Assembly: GCA_965637545.1 (NCBI GenBank)
Contig: OZ281495.1
Span: 31,868,001-31,932,000, forward strand
DNA: 64,000 nt
DNA from: Phallusia mammillata
Lineage: Eukaryota
Direction of reading: 5' to 3'
Shown here: one piece after another, positions 38,201-50,092 of the stretch
How positions within the stretch are numbered: position 1 is the stretch's first letter
Layout of the letters: every line of letters begins with the position of its first letter
The notes under the pieces: model-generated
Databases searched by the model: none
Seen by the model: only the letters and a program-made list of their open reading frames with translations
What the model was told of the DNA's origin: nothing
Position numbers and translations under genes: made by a program

Positions 38201-39520
38201 ACATAGTGCCAAGGTTATGAAGGCTCGTAAAATTGGTAGCAAGTAATGGATTGTGACTATATATTTGAGTCATGGAATAAAAAATTGGGGATTACTTTTC
38301 TTGCTGCTTCTATAGATTAACCGTTTTAAACATCATAACATACAACCGAAGTTTACTTCGAAGCAAAACAGCCATGAAAGTACATATGACGACTATCCAT
38401 ATGTCGATGGGAATTTTGATCCTAAATGAACTAAAGGATTATGTTTCTATTTCTCGTCTTAACGTTGCCATTAGCAACAGTGGATACAATTTCTTTTATT
38501 TGCGTTGGCCATGTGGAAAACAATTCATTCGCTGATTTTCAAGTTGACAACCACGATACTAAATCGATCAACCAGTTAAAGTATTTAGACTTATTTACCA
38601 CAAAGGTTTGTAAATTCTTTGACTTGGCGCTGACATAAATTCACCGCTTGAGAAATAACACACGTAAAGTTTACTTAGGAGCAAAACTGCCATATGAAAG
38701 TAGATATGACGACTATGCTTTATGTCAATGGAAATTTGGCTCCAAGTTAAACTTTAAAGAATGCCGTTTATATTTCTTGCCATTTAACGTTGTTCGTAGC
38801 TACAGTAGTAACGTTGCTGCTGTTAGCGGCAGTGGATAAAATTCCTATTATTTGCGTTGACCATATGGAAAATAATTCATTCGCTGTTTTTCAACAAAAC
38901 ACTGTTTGGTATTTTAGCAACTTGTTTTACCAGCGCAGCTTGCTTAAGTAGTTCCTCTTTCTCCATCTGCCACTCCTTCTTTCTGGCGATGTGTCTCTGT
39001 TTCAGTTGCTCGAACATTTGCGCTATTTCCTTCGCAGTTCGTCGCCGTCCTCTGGACCTGGGAAACCAACACAACCCGTCGGAATGGGAACTATCATCTT
39101 CAGTGCAGTTACCTTTGGTCATGAAGACATACTTCAAGGAATGAAGAGATAATGAACTTTGCTGATTTAATGGAAAATAAAAAATGCTACCAAGCAATGA
39201 CTTGTGGCGATGTTTTAACTAATATTCAGAAGTTTTCTTTTATCATTACATCATTTTTTTGAAAAGGCCCTTGTTTGAACAAGAAAAACAAGGGATCCCG
39301 TTTATGTGTTGTCCATGTTTTTTTTTATCCATAAATGACTTGGCGCTTTTCTTGTTTTTGGGTTTAGCCAAATGCCAGCTTCCAGAAACGGTCATCGTAT
39401 AACTCATTTATTTGCGCAAAAATCACGAACAAACCTTCCACGTGCTTCCTCATCCGCAATTTCATCGTGTTCCATAATTTCCGACGTTTGCACAGGACTC
39501 CGTTCTTCTCGATCTTTCAT
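29207..39520 (-). CDS. Coiled-coil plus long disordered protein, ~1224 aa, 7 coding exons; KIAA0408/SOGA(MTCL)-like DUF4482 similarity
   Basis: Exons 39520-39435, 39057-38931, 37981-37814, 36016-35762, 35184-35032, 33923-33822 and 31990-29207; phases 2,0,0,0,0,0 are consistent, with an in-frame TAA upstream of the ATG. EEEKKKVVESLDGERRNWDKTRQVMLEKIEAL resembles, from memory, the KIAA0408/SOGA motif EKxELLDxxDxERxxWxxxxxxxxxKIEEL. The gene structure is well supported; the family call is moderate. Confidence 0.75.
32305..32718. mobile_element. hAT-type MITE, ~414 bp
   Basis: TIRs caggggtgtccaatac / gagttggacacccctg with GTGGCACGC subterminal repeats. No clean TSD. Confidence 0.7.
34710..34874. 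mobile_element. hAT-type MITE, 165 bp
   Basis: TIRs caggttttttttaaggt / accttaaaaaaacactg with a perfect 8-bp TSD actagtat (34702-34709 and 34875-34882). Internal palindrome gggggaccgtttcggtccccc. Confidence 0.85.
36135..36205 (-). ncRNA. Decayed Penelope-type minimal hammerhead motif (family B)
   Basis: Minus strand reads CTGATGA-AGTCGACCAGAATAGGACGTT-GAAA-CGTT-ggttaaaataatacatttgccagaag. It is homologous to 37679-37740; stem II and the cleavage triplet are mutated. Confidence 0.55.
37332..37392 (-). repeat. Hammerhead repeat family A, mutated copy
   Basis: Minus strand reads ctcttgtcaccagatgca-CTGATGA-GACCATTTAAGTC-AAAA-CAGTGTGCACTG-TC-tgcag. The core GAAA is changed to AAAA. Confidence 0.75.
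37594..37786 (+). mobile_element. Non-autonomous Penelope-like element: inverted pLTR-type palindrome with a hammerhead motif and 12-bp TSD
   Basis: Arms of ~70 bp (37595-37665 and 37684-37755). CTGATGA-A-GGCG.CCT-GTAT-AGG.CGTC-GAAA-TGTC starts at 37679. The direct repeat cggtacttcata lies at 37582-37593 and 37787-37798. Confidence 0.75.
38372..38895. repeat. Diverged direct duplication (~190 bp x2) in intron 2 of the KIAA0408-like gene
   Basis: The block atgaaagta.atatgacgactat ... cagtggata.aatt..t.ttatttgcgttg.ccat.tggaaaa.aattcattcgctg occurs at ~38372-38550 and ~38692-38892. Confidence 0.7.
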
Positions 39521-40263
39521 TCCGCATTCCAACGCAATTCCGCTTTTCCGGTTGTTCCGCACTTACTGCAACCTATCTTTCCTTCTTTAGTTTAAATACA
39601 CAAGCCAAAACCACCTAGCTTACTGATCAAAACGTTGTTACTGAAAGTAATCAATCTTACAGTAAAATAATATCGCAATTCTCTAAAAGAACAGGTTTTT
39701 CTCCTGCACTAATTTCAGCGAGTGTTGACACGGCTACCTAACATATATATTACTATGTGAAGTTGAAAAAGTAAATTAGAAAGAAAGTTTTTTATCAATT
39801 TTTGAAGCGTCTACAAAGTATTCACCATGCATAAGGTCTAATAAAGTCGTGTTTGAGAGCAATACACTTGCACAATTGCTATTTTTCACTGCTCTAAAAT
39901 TGACCACAGCAATCACTGAAACGTAAGTAACTCGCATTATCGATTCGCAAGCTCTCTAAAAGTTATATTTTTGATTAAAATATTTTGCAATGTCTACAAT
40001 TATTTACCATACAAAAGCTCGTTATAGTTGTGCCTTCAATCAATTTACTTTAGAACTTGCTGCTTTCCACTGATCTACAATTTATCATAGGGACTTGCAT
40101 TGCCGATGCACAGTTCTCTGGTAGTTATGCTTTTGACCAATATACTTTAAATCGCAACTTTGAACACATCCGAGCACCGTAAGCCTGCAAGTAACATGTT
40201 GTCGTCAACACGACAAGCAGTTTCCTTACTCCAGTAAATGGCAATCACATTGGGGTCATCTGT

Positions 40264-40277
40264 CTATGACGTCATAG
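40264..40277. promoter_or_regulatory. CRE/ATF palindrome (CTATGACGTCATAG) upstream of the minus-strand gene
   Basis: Perfect 14-bp palindrome containing TGACGTCA in a GC-richer patch. Function is inferred only. Confidence 0.35.
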
Positions 40278-40439
40278 CGCGTGTGTCCCAGGAGAGAAGG
40301 CAGCTGCAAGTTTTTCCATCGCAACTTCGCCCCTTCTGCTTATCGGGAGAGAAAGTGATGCAAAGCAGGCCTTATGTCACTCCATGGCCTCGCTTACGGA
40401 CTTGTGTTTTTGAAACAGCAAATACACCCAAGTAAATAA

Positions 40440-40800
40440 CACAACCATTTCCGTATCATGTACGATGGTCTACCTCATTTTTTTGTGTTTAAATAATATT
40501 CAAATAATATTTGACAAATAAGTCGGTTGCGGGACTTGCAGACTGTTTGTAAAAAACACAACTTATCCAAGCAACAAAATAACAACCAATTTTCATATCA
40601 TGTACGTTGGTCTGCAAAGGCTCCATTTTTTGCGCCTAAATACTAAAAGATAATATTTGACAAATACGTCGGCGGCGACAAATACGTACAAATAAGGCAA
40701 CACAAGTTTAATATTTGACAAATATGGATTTTCAGACTGATAAACACAACTTGTCTAAGCAACAATACAACAATTAATTTCGATATCATTATACATTGAT
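40440..40800. repeat. Degenerate tandem repeat, ~150-bp period, about 2.5 copies
   Basis: Recurring tatcatgtacg, taatatttgacaaata and aaacacaactt.t..aagcaacaa blocks. Confidence 0.65.
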
Positions 40801-41896
40801 ATGCACAGACCTTAGCTTTCCTAAAAATTGCGTTGCCTTATTTGTAGTGTGTCGTTTAATGTTCAGAAAAGACGATCAATCGCATCGACTAACCACAATA
40901 AGATCACTGTACTATTATCTGTGCAGTTACATTTTTTGGAGTTCTGTACAATAAAAGTAACCAATATCACACATTTTTCCAGGTTTATGCAAACTTACAA
41001 CACTTGTCGCGGTTTTTAATATTACAAAGATTTTAAAAAAAACTTGACCACGATAAAAAAGGGCTGACGCAAATCTTTGACTGTAGTTAAAATAAAAAAC
41101 CCAAAACCAATGATTATGTTTGTTTATTTCGATGACACTGAAAGAAGGGACCAGTTTTCTTCACTATTACAATGAGTTTTATGACAATTTCTCAGTGAAG
41201 ACTTCGCTACATCCTGGCTATTTTTCTGTTGAAAGGTCGTCATAAGATTTTATTCATGTTTTTGTATTGCTTTATTACACTTAATCTACGCATTTGCTTT
41301 TGGGCAATTAGACGGCAAACCAATTTAAAAAAGCAAGCTATCGACAAGTACTGCATGAGGAAAGAAACCCCCAGAAAACGCCAGATATTGATTAACCAAC
41401 TTGGATAACGATTTAGCAAACACAGCTAAGGAGAAAAGAGGTTTCTAGATGAACAAGTATCTACGGAGAAAGAAATAGTCTGAACCAGTAACTAAATTTT
41501 ACAAGATAACGTTACATCACACATTCGGTTTGCAGATCATAATCTTCTGGAAAAGCAGACAAAAACATTTCACACCTTCGAAAAACACGTGGAAGGTCAA
41601 TGAAGAGAAATAATGACATTTAAAGGAAACACATACATCACAGAGCTTGACATAACTTCAATTTCCTCTGACATTTACAACCCGAAATACTTCAAAACAA
41701 AAGCACGAATGACAGCCAAATGTAAGTTCACGGAAGGGACATTAAACAAACCGACCGCGTTCGATAATAATTTATGTTAAAAATTGCAACGTTCAGATTA
41801 AAACGGTTTTTATATACCTATACAAAACGGTAGAGTTCCCTTTCACAACTGGCTACGTAATGCAGTTGTTTATAGAAATCATATTAATTGCTCACA

Positions 41897-41906
41897 ATGA
41901 CGTCAT
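41897..41906. promoter_or_regulatory. CRE/ATF palindrome (ATGACGTCAT) ~175 bp upstream of the CAP-TSP1 gene 1 start
   Basis: TGACGTCA at 41898-41905. Function is inferred only. Confidence 0.35.
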
Positions 41907-42078
41907 AATAGGACACTCGATTTGGCGTGCGATATAGGAAGACAGCAATTAGACACGAACTAAGCTGTCGAGACTCGTATTTTGTCTGGAAAAGCGAACC
42001 TCTGCACCAAACGAAAGATATAAACCGGAAGCATAAGAGATTCGAATTGCATTGTGTGTTGCTTGTGACGGAACAAGC

Positions 42079-45000
42079 ATGGTTTGCGCGAAGATTCTGT
42101 GCATTTGTTTCAGGTGAGTTTATTTTTATGTTTTGTTTTGTGTACTGAAAATGTTAAGTAATCATTGTCACGCGTTGCAAGACCTTTGTACAAAAAAGGT
42201 GGCTAAACATAGAATTGAAAGCAGAATTTTATGTTTGTTTGATAAATTATCCAGCTAACTTTTTCAAGCTTACCATTTCATTTCAAGAACAACTTTTCCA
42301 AGTTTACAATTGGAAAGACCATTTAATTTTTAGATAATCGTATAATAGATTTTAAGAAAGCCATTCATGTGTAAACCATGTAGTTAATATCACAATAACT
42401 AATATTCTACAAGATTGGAAAAGATGTGCTGGCTTTTTTGACCTGCGTAATTATATTAACATGATGCCACTTTGTTTGTCAGCATTCTGTGTGCAGTTTC
42501 GCGAAGCGCGGCTACTGGCCTCGTCAACGGAGAAATTCAGAATGCAATTACTTTGACAGGTAAGGTAACATTGCCGTAGTCTATACCCAAGATACCCAAT
42601 GCACCAATATGGTAAAAAAACTGTATAAATTTCACAAAAATAAATGGTAACATAGTAAAGAATTCATTAATAATGAACATAAAACACACCTACCTTTAGG
42701 GCAACTCGTAAATTTGTTTAAATTAGTATACATCCAACATGCACAAGAAACTATTGAAAATTAGGTCTAACTTAAGAGTTGTTCAGACTTTAGACACACA
42801 GGTTGGCGTACAAATGTTTACACATTATATCAGCACATTGTGTTAAAAATTAAGTGTAAATTTATGCATCACTACAAACTACCATGTGTTAAAACTAATA
42901 CAACTTACAAATAACAGAGATGTTCACAATGTGTTAAGCAAAGCAATAGTTAACCATATTCTCCAATCTTATTTAAAACTCAAGCGATTTAATAAAACAA
43001 ACTTAATATTATTGTCGTTACACAAAATCATTTAGGAAATTAAAGAAAGCAACCACCATTCGTAGAACTTTAAACCATTTTAATAACAATTTGGTCCAGC
43101 TATTACAAAACTGACTTACTGCTGCCACCGAGTGTTGTAAAATTTATTATTTTCCATCCGCTTTTTGCTTACAGCGTTTCCGACTGTTTGTGTCTGCAAC
43201 AAATAAAACTAAGTTATAAAACTAAAATTAATATACATTAAATACTGGGATCACCCTAAAGTGTTTCATAGAATAATGATATGCCATGCCTATAGAAGGC
43301 GCAATATTGAAGGCGGACTTTCTGTATGCCTTCTTTAATAGGTCTGGTGCACTTGGCTGTCCGATTAAAGCTTTGAAACTTTTGTAACAATCGTCAGTCT
43401 AATGTTACAACAGAAACAAACCGAATAGTGGAAGATGTGCAACATTTAGTAATTAACAATCTTTGTTGCATCAATTTTTTCACTTCAACCAAAACCAGTT
43501 TACCACAAAACTTCCACATATTAAACATTTTCTACATTGACCTGGTTTTTATCTCAAGTCAAGTGTTCATGACTTTATCGGAACTTTTCAACTTTCAATT
43601 TAACAAAACTAAGTAACATATTACCGTGCTGTACTTTAACACATCATATCAATGTTGTATTTGTGTTTATTCGATCTGACAGACAACAACATTGCCGAGT
43701 TTCTCGATCTCCACAACAACATACGTCGTCACGTGACCCCAGCTGCTTCGAACATGCGCAAGATGACGTGGGACAATGAACTGGCGAACCTGGCACTCGG
43801 TCACACCAGAAAGTGCTTGTTCGAAAACAATGCGGTAAGGAGATGCAGTAACCCCAAATGTATGTAGAAAATTTAGCGTAAAAAACACTAAATCTGTCGC
43901 TGTATTTTTTTTACGAAAAACAAATGCATTTCGCTTTTATAAGCATTATCAGTGTCGAAAAACATCAGTATCCCGTTTTTTATATTGTTTTCAAACACTG
44001 ATTATGCTTACAAAAGCGAAATGCATTTGTTTTTCGTAAAACAAAAACAATACAGTGACAGATTTAGTGATTTTTACGCCGAATTTTCTTGATCTGATTT
44101 TAATGACCCTGAGTCGCGCAATTACTTTACTTGAAAGGAGATTTCATTAACAAGAAAAGGTTTACCAAATGTATGTTTTAACTGTTTCTGTAAGTCATAG
44201 TATGTAAACCCAATAATAGAATTCTGGCAAATGATTTGTTTGTAACGACAATCTCACATTATTATCAGGCCGTTTTTTATGGGAGTAACACTTAAACAAA
44301 ACATGACAATATACGTGGTTGAAAATCTGTGGATGTAAGCTCTGATCCCATTCGTTGCACACTTATTCTTTCACCAAGCAAAAACATCCAACTTGTACAT
44401 ACAAGTTTATGTTCACGAAGCGTAGTTCAAATTCACACTTACAATAGTCAATTACAATAAACTTCACTCACATAACAAAGTTTGTATCCTATGTTTACTA
44501 AACTGCTCTGCAACAAATTTAAATTTATCAACCATGTAGAACCTTTCAATGTACATGTGACAGCTATTTTGAGCATCTAATGTCACCAAACAATACTTCT
44601 CAAGAAACGAAAGTTAAACCACAATAGTCGACAGTGTTGGGTGTTTGATTATAAAATAATATTTTTAAAATAGAACACAACACATACTCGATTTCAATCC
44701 ATCGGTGAGATTCTCTACCTCTCGCAAAATTCCGCATTCGACGACAATTACATCGGAAGTGTGGTACGCTCCTTTGCAAGGGGAAGTACCCAGTACAACG
44801 TCACAACACAGCAATGCAGCGAGGATAATGGTGATTGCTCGAAATACGCCCAGGTAAAAAAATAGTATGGCATAAACATGTTTTTAGTAACATTGTTTTT
44901 AGATTTACAACAATTTGTTCCCGATAAAAAACGATCTTAAGTTGTATCGCGTCGCAAACGGTATCACCAGTTTTCAAGCTAATATTTGTTGTACTGGCAT

Positions 45001-48000
45001 TTGCTGCAGGCCTCTTGTAATGTTGTATAAACAGCAATGTTGTCTCGTGCACAAAAATTGAAATAATTAAGTAGTGCTAAGCAGCAGATAATGCACTCTG
45101 TCTTTTTTGACCTATAAGGTCTCATCAGTGTAGCTGGTGACAAGAGATCTAAGCAGTGCTTCTGTTTAAAAACCATACAGCACTCATAACTTTAAAGTGC
45201 ATGGGAGTCGCTAATCTTCTTTAAATACACCTTTTACTGTTTTTCACATGTATGTGTTTTCATTTTTTGAATCACTGGGTGTGTTTTTACGTTGGCGAGT
45301 TTGGTATTTTCACGAACTGTGTTGCTTGCAGCTTGTGCGAGCCGAAACATTCAAGATCGGTTGCGGAATAACGCACTGCTCCACTGCAAACTCACTAGAG
45401 GAAGTTCTGCAGAACGCTATTATTGTGGTTTGCAATTACGCCCCTAGCGGAAACTGGAAAAGCGGGTGAGAATTTATTTCATGAAGTAAAATAGTTGCAA
45501 GTCAAGGAGTATTTCAAAATACAAATATTTAAGTACAACTTAGGATAGGCAATTAGGAATACTATTCTATTCTTAAATTGTTCTGGAACAGTTGAATCGA
45601 TCCCTCCGGATTCCCTAGTGCGTATCCCAAAGTACAACAATCGCAATAATTCATGGAATTGGATTCGTAAGGAAAATAAATACCTTATTGTTAACATTGG
45701 CAGATCAGTTTTTACAATTCATTCACCAAAATCGGTTGTTTTGTAGTTTTGTGTACGTAGTATTTCGAAATATATTATCATTTTTTACAAATTAGAAGCA
45801 AATACTTCTGACCCAAAATCATCTAACAACGAAATTACGAATGTTCCTGAAACAGTTTGACTCAGTGATCGTTGACACTAACGTGTCTTGTGTTGTGGGG
45901 GAGGGATCCTGTGAAAAGCATTTATAGGACGCCCCGAGTACGGAACCCTATCGGTTTCAAATGTCTGTATAAGGGTCAACCGCCACCCGTCAGTCCGCTA
46001 AGTACCTTAAATTAAAACTTATCATATGTCTCCAAACCAGACATTCATTCATTTGTGTGTCGCGCCACTAATAAGTTTAACTTCATTAAGCCAATCACCA
46101 TGAGCTATAAATACTTTGCAGACCGGCGTACGAGGTAGGCAAAGCTTGTAGCGGATGTCACGATACAGACTCATGCGAGAAGAAGTTATGCATCAACGCA
46201 GCACGTGATGTCGATCCACCGCCGGGTACGTAAAAATGTCGGTAACACTCAGTTTTAATCAACATCTTTAAAGGATTTTCCTAAATCAAAGTTTTTTGGG
46301 GGCCTGGCTATTTTTGACTTTGTGAAGTTTCTTTTGATCTGGCTGTTGCCCACATGTTCGCCAAAATCAAAATACTGCATGAAGCGCGTTTTGTAATCAT
46401 TATAAATTTGACTGAACTAACCTAATAAAATAGAAACGATTCAATTGCTTGTGTTTAAATTTATAGGCCCGCCGCCGTTAAAGAGTTAAATAGTTTAATG
46501 GACTAACAACAACATGATATGCTGCAGACAGTGTACACCGTTTGGACCTATAAGGTTTCATCAGTGCAGCTGCAACATGGTTGTTAAAACGCGAATAAGT
46601 TTACATGTGGCCCTAAAACAGATTCCTATGTGTCAAGCAGCAAATTATTCGGCCAAATAGTCCTTATCAATGCAGGGTTTTCAAACACTTACAAACATGA
46701 CAAAAACTATTTGAATGTTCTTTGTTTGTAGCTGGCGTTTGGGAGCCCTGGGGAGAATGGACGCCCTGCAGCGTCTCTTGTGGCATTGGTACAAAGCGGA
46801 GACATCGATTGTGCAGCACGTTTGTGTCAACTGACTGCCAGGGTTCACCCTCACAACTGAGTCTATTCTGTGCCCCGACACGTGTCTGCCCAAAACCGCA
46901 ACAAACCACAGCGCCTCCAGTGGCTGGAGGTAAGTTACATTTTGTATCAAAGTCTTGTGCTTCGCGTTTGAAGTACTGATCCCAAAAAGTAACATAACCA
47001 AAATTCTTCTCATCTCTTTCACGGCTTTATAACTTTCATAAGCTTTTCAATTAGTGGAGTTGAAATCATGGCATGTTATTTTTGAAAGGTTGAATATTAT
47101 GAAATGTAAAGTGTATGTTTTTATTTTTCAATTAAAAAAACTGTTTTGGTAGCCAACACATAAATTTTCGTTTGCGACGCCTAATTATTACTTCGCTTTA
47201 ATCCTGTTTCCATGGCCGTTGGTCCGAGCGCACTTTTTGGCTTATTTCGTCTGATCGGACCCAAAACAGCAATTCTTTTAGCGTTTTAGCGAATTTCCTC
47301 GAAAGGAGGTCCGATCGGAACTTTTTGTTTGTTTCGAAAGTGGTTGCCGATGTCTACTTTTAAACAGTCTGGTGAAAAGATAGTTATTATCAATACCTTT
47401 AAAACGAATTCTAGAATGAAGTTACTGCAGGTAATTATTGTTTTAGTCAAAAGTAACGTATTTGCTGCTGGTCCGATCGGACCACAATTTGTAAGATAAC
47501 AGGATATTTGTTGTTCTATAACCAACATTTTGTATGTCCCATAAAAAATGTAAAATCCTTTGTAACCAACATGCAAAAACGCATATCGAGACACAAACCT
47601 TTAAAAACGACGTGTAATTGCAACTTATTTCCTTCAAACTTAACACAGAGTGGTTGGCTTGGGGCACGTGGTCGACTTGCAGTAAGAGTTGTGGGGGCGG
47701 GAAAAGAACCAGATCACGTGACTGCGACACCGGCGACAACCGAGATTGTGTGGTACCTGCGAGTCAACTCTCAATCTGCAACGCCCAGCGATGTCCGTCA
47801 AGAACCAGAGGCAAGTTGACGCACAACTTATTGTTGTTTGTTTTGAATTTTACGATTTAACTTGTTCACGAACGTTATTACAGCGCTTTTGGTAGAATAC
47901 CTGTTACATTATTAACCGGTATAGTTAGAACCATATTTTTAACATCCGAACGAAAAACAAAACAAAACAATCTTTGGTCGATTTATGACTGAATTCTATC

Positions 48001-49882
48001 CTATGCTAAACCTCTTAAAGTAATGAATCAAGTCTTTTACATTTAATGTTGCTTTTTGAATATAAAACTATTTTAAAATTGTAAGATGCAACTTCATAAT
48101 GACGATAAACTTATACCAAGTCTAAAAGAAATAAACCAACAGACACGTTCAAAGAAAAAAGGAAATAACATTTTTGATATTCGAATCAACTGTTAAAGTT
48201 TGTCTGCATTGCATTCTGAGATCTCCCTGACCCCATATATAGATAATGCAAAATGTCCGAACCTACGACACTAATTATGGATCGAAAAACCCCTTTCTTA
48301 CACACATTGTCCTGACTGGTGTTACGGCATTCACTAGCCGCTTTAATGCAGACCACAGACAATAAAAACAAGCTAAGCAATGTAACAATTAAATGTGAGA
48401 AACAAGCACTTGACTAAACCATTTTTACAATAACATTTTAACATCATGTTAGAACCTCGTTCATAATAGTCACAAAACAAATTAGCAAAATTTCATGGTA
48501 CAAATTAATCAGACACCATAAAAAAAACTATCATCACTAACAGCCACACTGTTTGCAACATTATTGCAATTTCCAAACGCAATAAACCAATGTTCTTGTC
48601 ATGTCAAAATGGCAATGACTAAACGTGCAAAACTTTTTGTGTGAAAAGTCGTTTTTATCAGCTGATTCAGTAATTAATAACCGACTGATTCGTGCGTGTA
48701 ATTGAAACAAACTCAAAACGGGCATTGTAATATAGAAAATGTTTCCTTTTTTATTGAAATCTCCTTTCAATTAAACCAAAAGGACTGCGACGATTCAGGG
48801 TCATTAATTCATGACTGCTGGTTTTATCCTGTTACTAATCTTACTTGTTTTTTAGACATTGATGATGCTTATAAAACGAAATGCATTTGTTTTGTAAAAG
48901 AATAAAAATATAGCGACCGATTAATCGTTTCAATTTGAATTTTGCGGGCATTGCAATAATTTGAATTATGTCAATAAGTATTTAAATATGAACCCTTGCA
49001 CTAAATTAGAGAACATTGTTGCACACAAAAACATTATTAAACTCTATCATTATCTACAGTTCCCTACGCAATTTGGGATGAATGGAGTGAATGCACGCGC
49101 TCATGCGGAGGAGGTGTACGGTATCGAACAAGGGGGTGTCCCTCGTCTAACCCGAACGAGTGTTGCGGAAATTCCCACATAAGGAGGGAATGCAATACCA
49201 GACCTTGCCCACGCGCAGGTAAGTTTCGAGTTGCGGTGTTTTGCCTATAGCAAATCTCAGGTTTGACCGTGTAGTTATTAAGGTAACCTCGTTGAATACA
49301 AGTAGTTCATGGAAGTCAGTTGACTAGCAAAATCATTGATGTTTAAAAGATCTCAATGTTGTATAAGAACAAAATCTAAAAGCTATAGACGCCTACTGGT
49401 GTCATTATTTAGAAACAAATTGAAACTGTGTGAACAACAAGTAAAGATAACGTTAGTGGAAAAATTTCATACAAAAAAACAAACAATTTGAAGCTTTGTG
49501 TGATTGCTGTCAGTTTGTGTTTTGTTTTTGGTACACGATTCATTGTTTATCCTAATAAGCACCAGCTCTGCCACAAAAAAAGGCAAACTGACACACGCAA
49601 ATCAAGTCATAGTGAACGATAGAATTCACATTCCAACTTGTAAGTAAACTCTTGTATCTGTTGTAACTCGTTAAACATAAAAAACACCACAAAACTCCCC
49701 CGAAAAAACAAACTTTTTTTAAAGACAGCTTAACCTACAGTCTAATTTACATCGAATGTTTAGTTTGGAGCAAATGGGGAAGGTGGTATGACGCGGGGGA
49801 CGCTTGTACTTCCGACACCCAAATCCGCACAAGAAAATGCAGCACAGGAAAATCGGAAGACTGCTGTGTTGCAGAACCATAA
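42079..49882 (+). CDS. Secreted CAP/SCP-domain + thrombospondin type-1 repeat protein 1 (439 aa; degenerate CAP, 3 TSP1 plus a truncated TSP1); 10 exons
   Basis: Exons 42079-42113, 42483-42559, 43683-43834, 44674-44853, 45332-45465, 46122-46225, 46732-46929, 47649-47810 (GC donor), 49060-49218 and 49764-49882 (1320 nt). Signal MVCAKILCICFSILCAVSRSAATG; HNNIRR..PAASNMRKMTWD; CNYAPSGN; WxxWxxWxxCSxSCG repeats. Confidence 0.88.
43866..44089. mobile_element. Fold-back/MITE-like inverted repeat in intron 3 of CAP-TSP1 gene 1
   Basis: Arms of ~90 bp (43866-43955 and 43993-44089). A partial related copy lies at ~48860-48920. Confidence 0.7.
45081..45146 (-). repeat. Hammerhead repeat family A, mutated copy
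   Basis: Minus strand reads ctcttgtcaccagctaca-CTGATGA-GACCTTATAGGTC-AAAA... with stem III degraded. Confidence 0.7.
46521..46572 (-). repeat. Hammerhead repeat family A, mutated copy
   Basis: Minus strand reads agctgca-CTGATGA-AACCTTATAGGTC-CAAA-CGGTGTACACTG-TC-tgcagc. Confidence 0.7.
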
Positions 49883-50041
49883 CTTTCAACCATGGACAGG
49901 GCCGGAACAATTAAAGGAGGCTAGGGGGTGGCCGAAACCCCCGAGGGATTGACATTGTCACTTTTATTTTTCCCTATATAACGTTGTTAGTACAGTTTGC
50001 GGTTTTCGTCTTGTTTATTTCGGGTCTCACTGGTCGTAGTG

Positions 50042-50092
50042 TTATTACCCTGATGAAGGCTACCTTAATAGGGAGTTGAAACGTCGGTATAA
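50042..50092 (+). ncRNA. Penelope-type minimal hammerhead motif (family B) 160 nt downstream of the CAP-TSP1 gene 1 stop
   Basis: ttattacc-CTGATGA-A-GGCT.CCT-TAAT-AGG.AGTT-GAAA-C-GTC-ggtataa. The core, GUC triplet and stem I are intact. It is followed by the family tail tatgcctgg..aca..ttatata. Confidence 0.65.

Noticed and set aside
47200-47500. MITE built around gtccgatcggac palindromes
   Set aside because: Repeated palindromes are visible, but TIRs and TSD could not be defined, so it is not listed as a feature.
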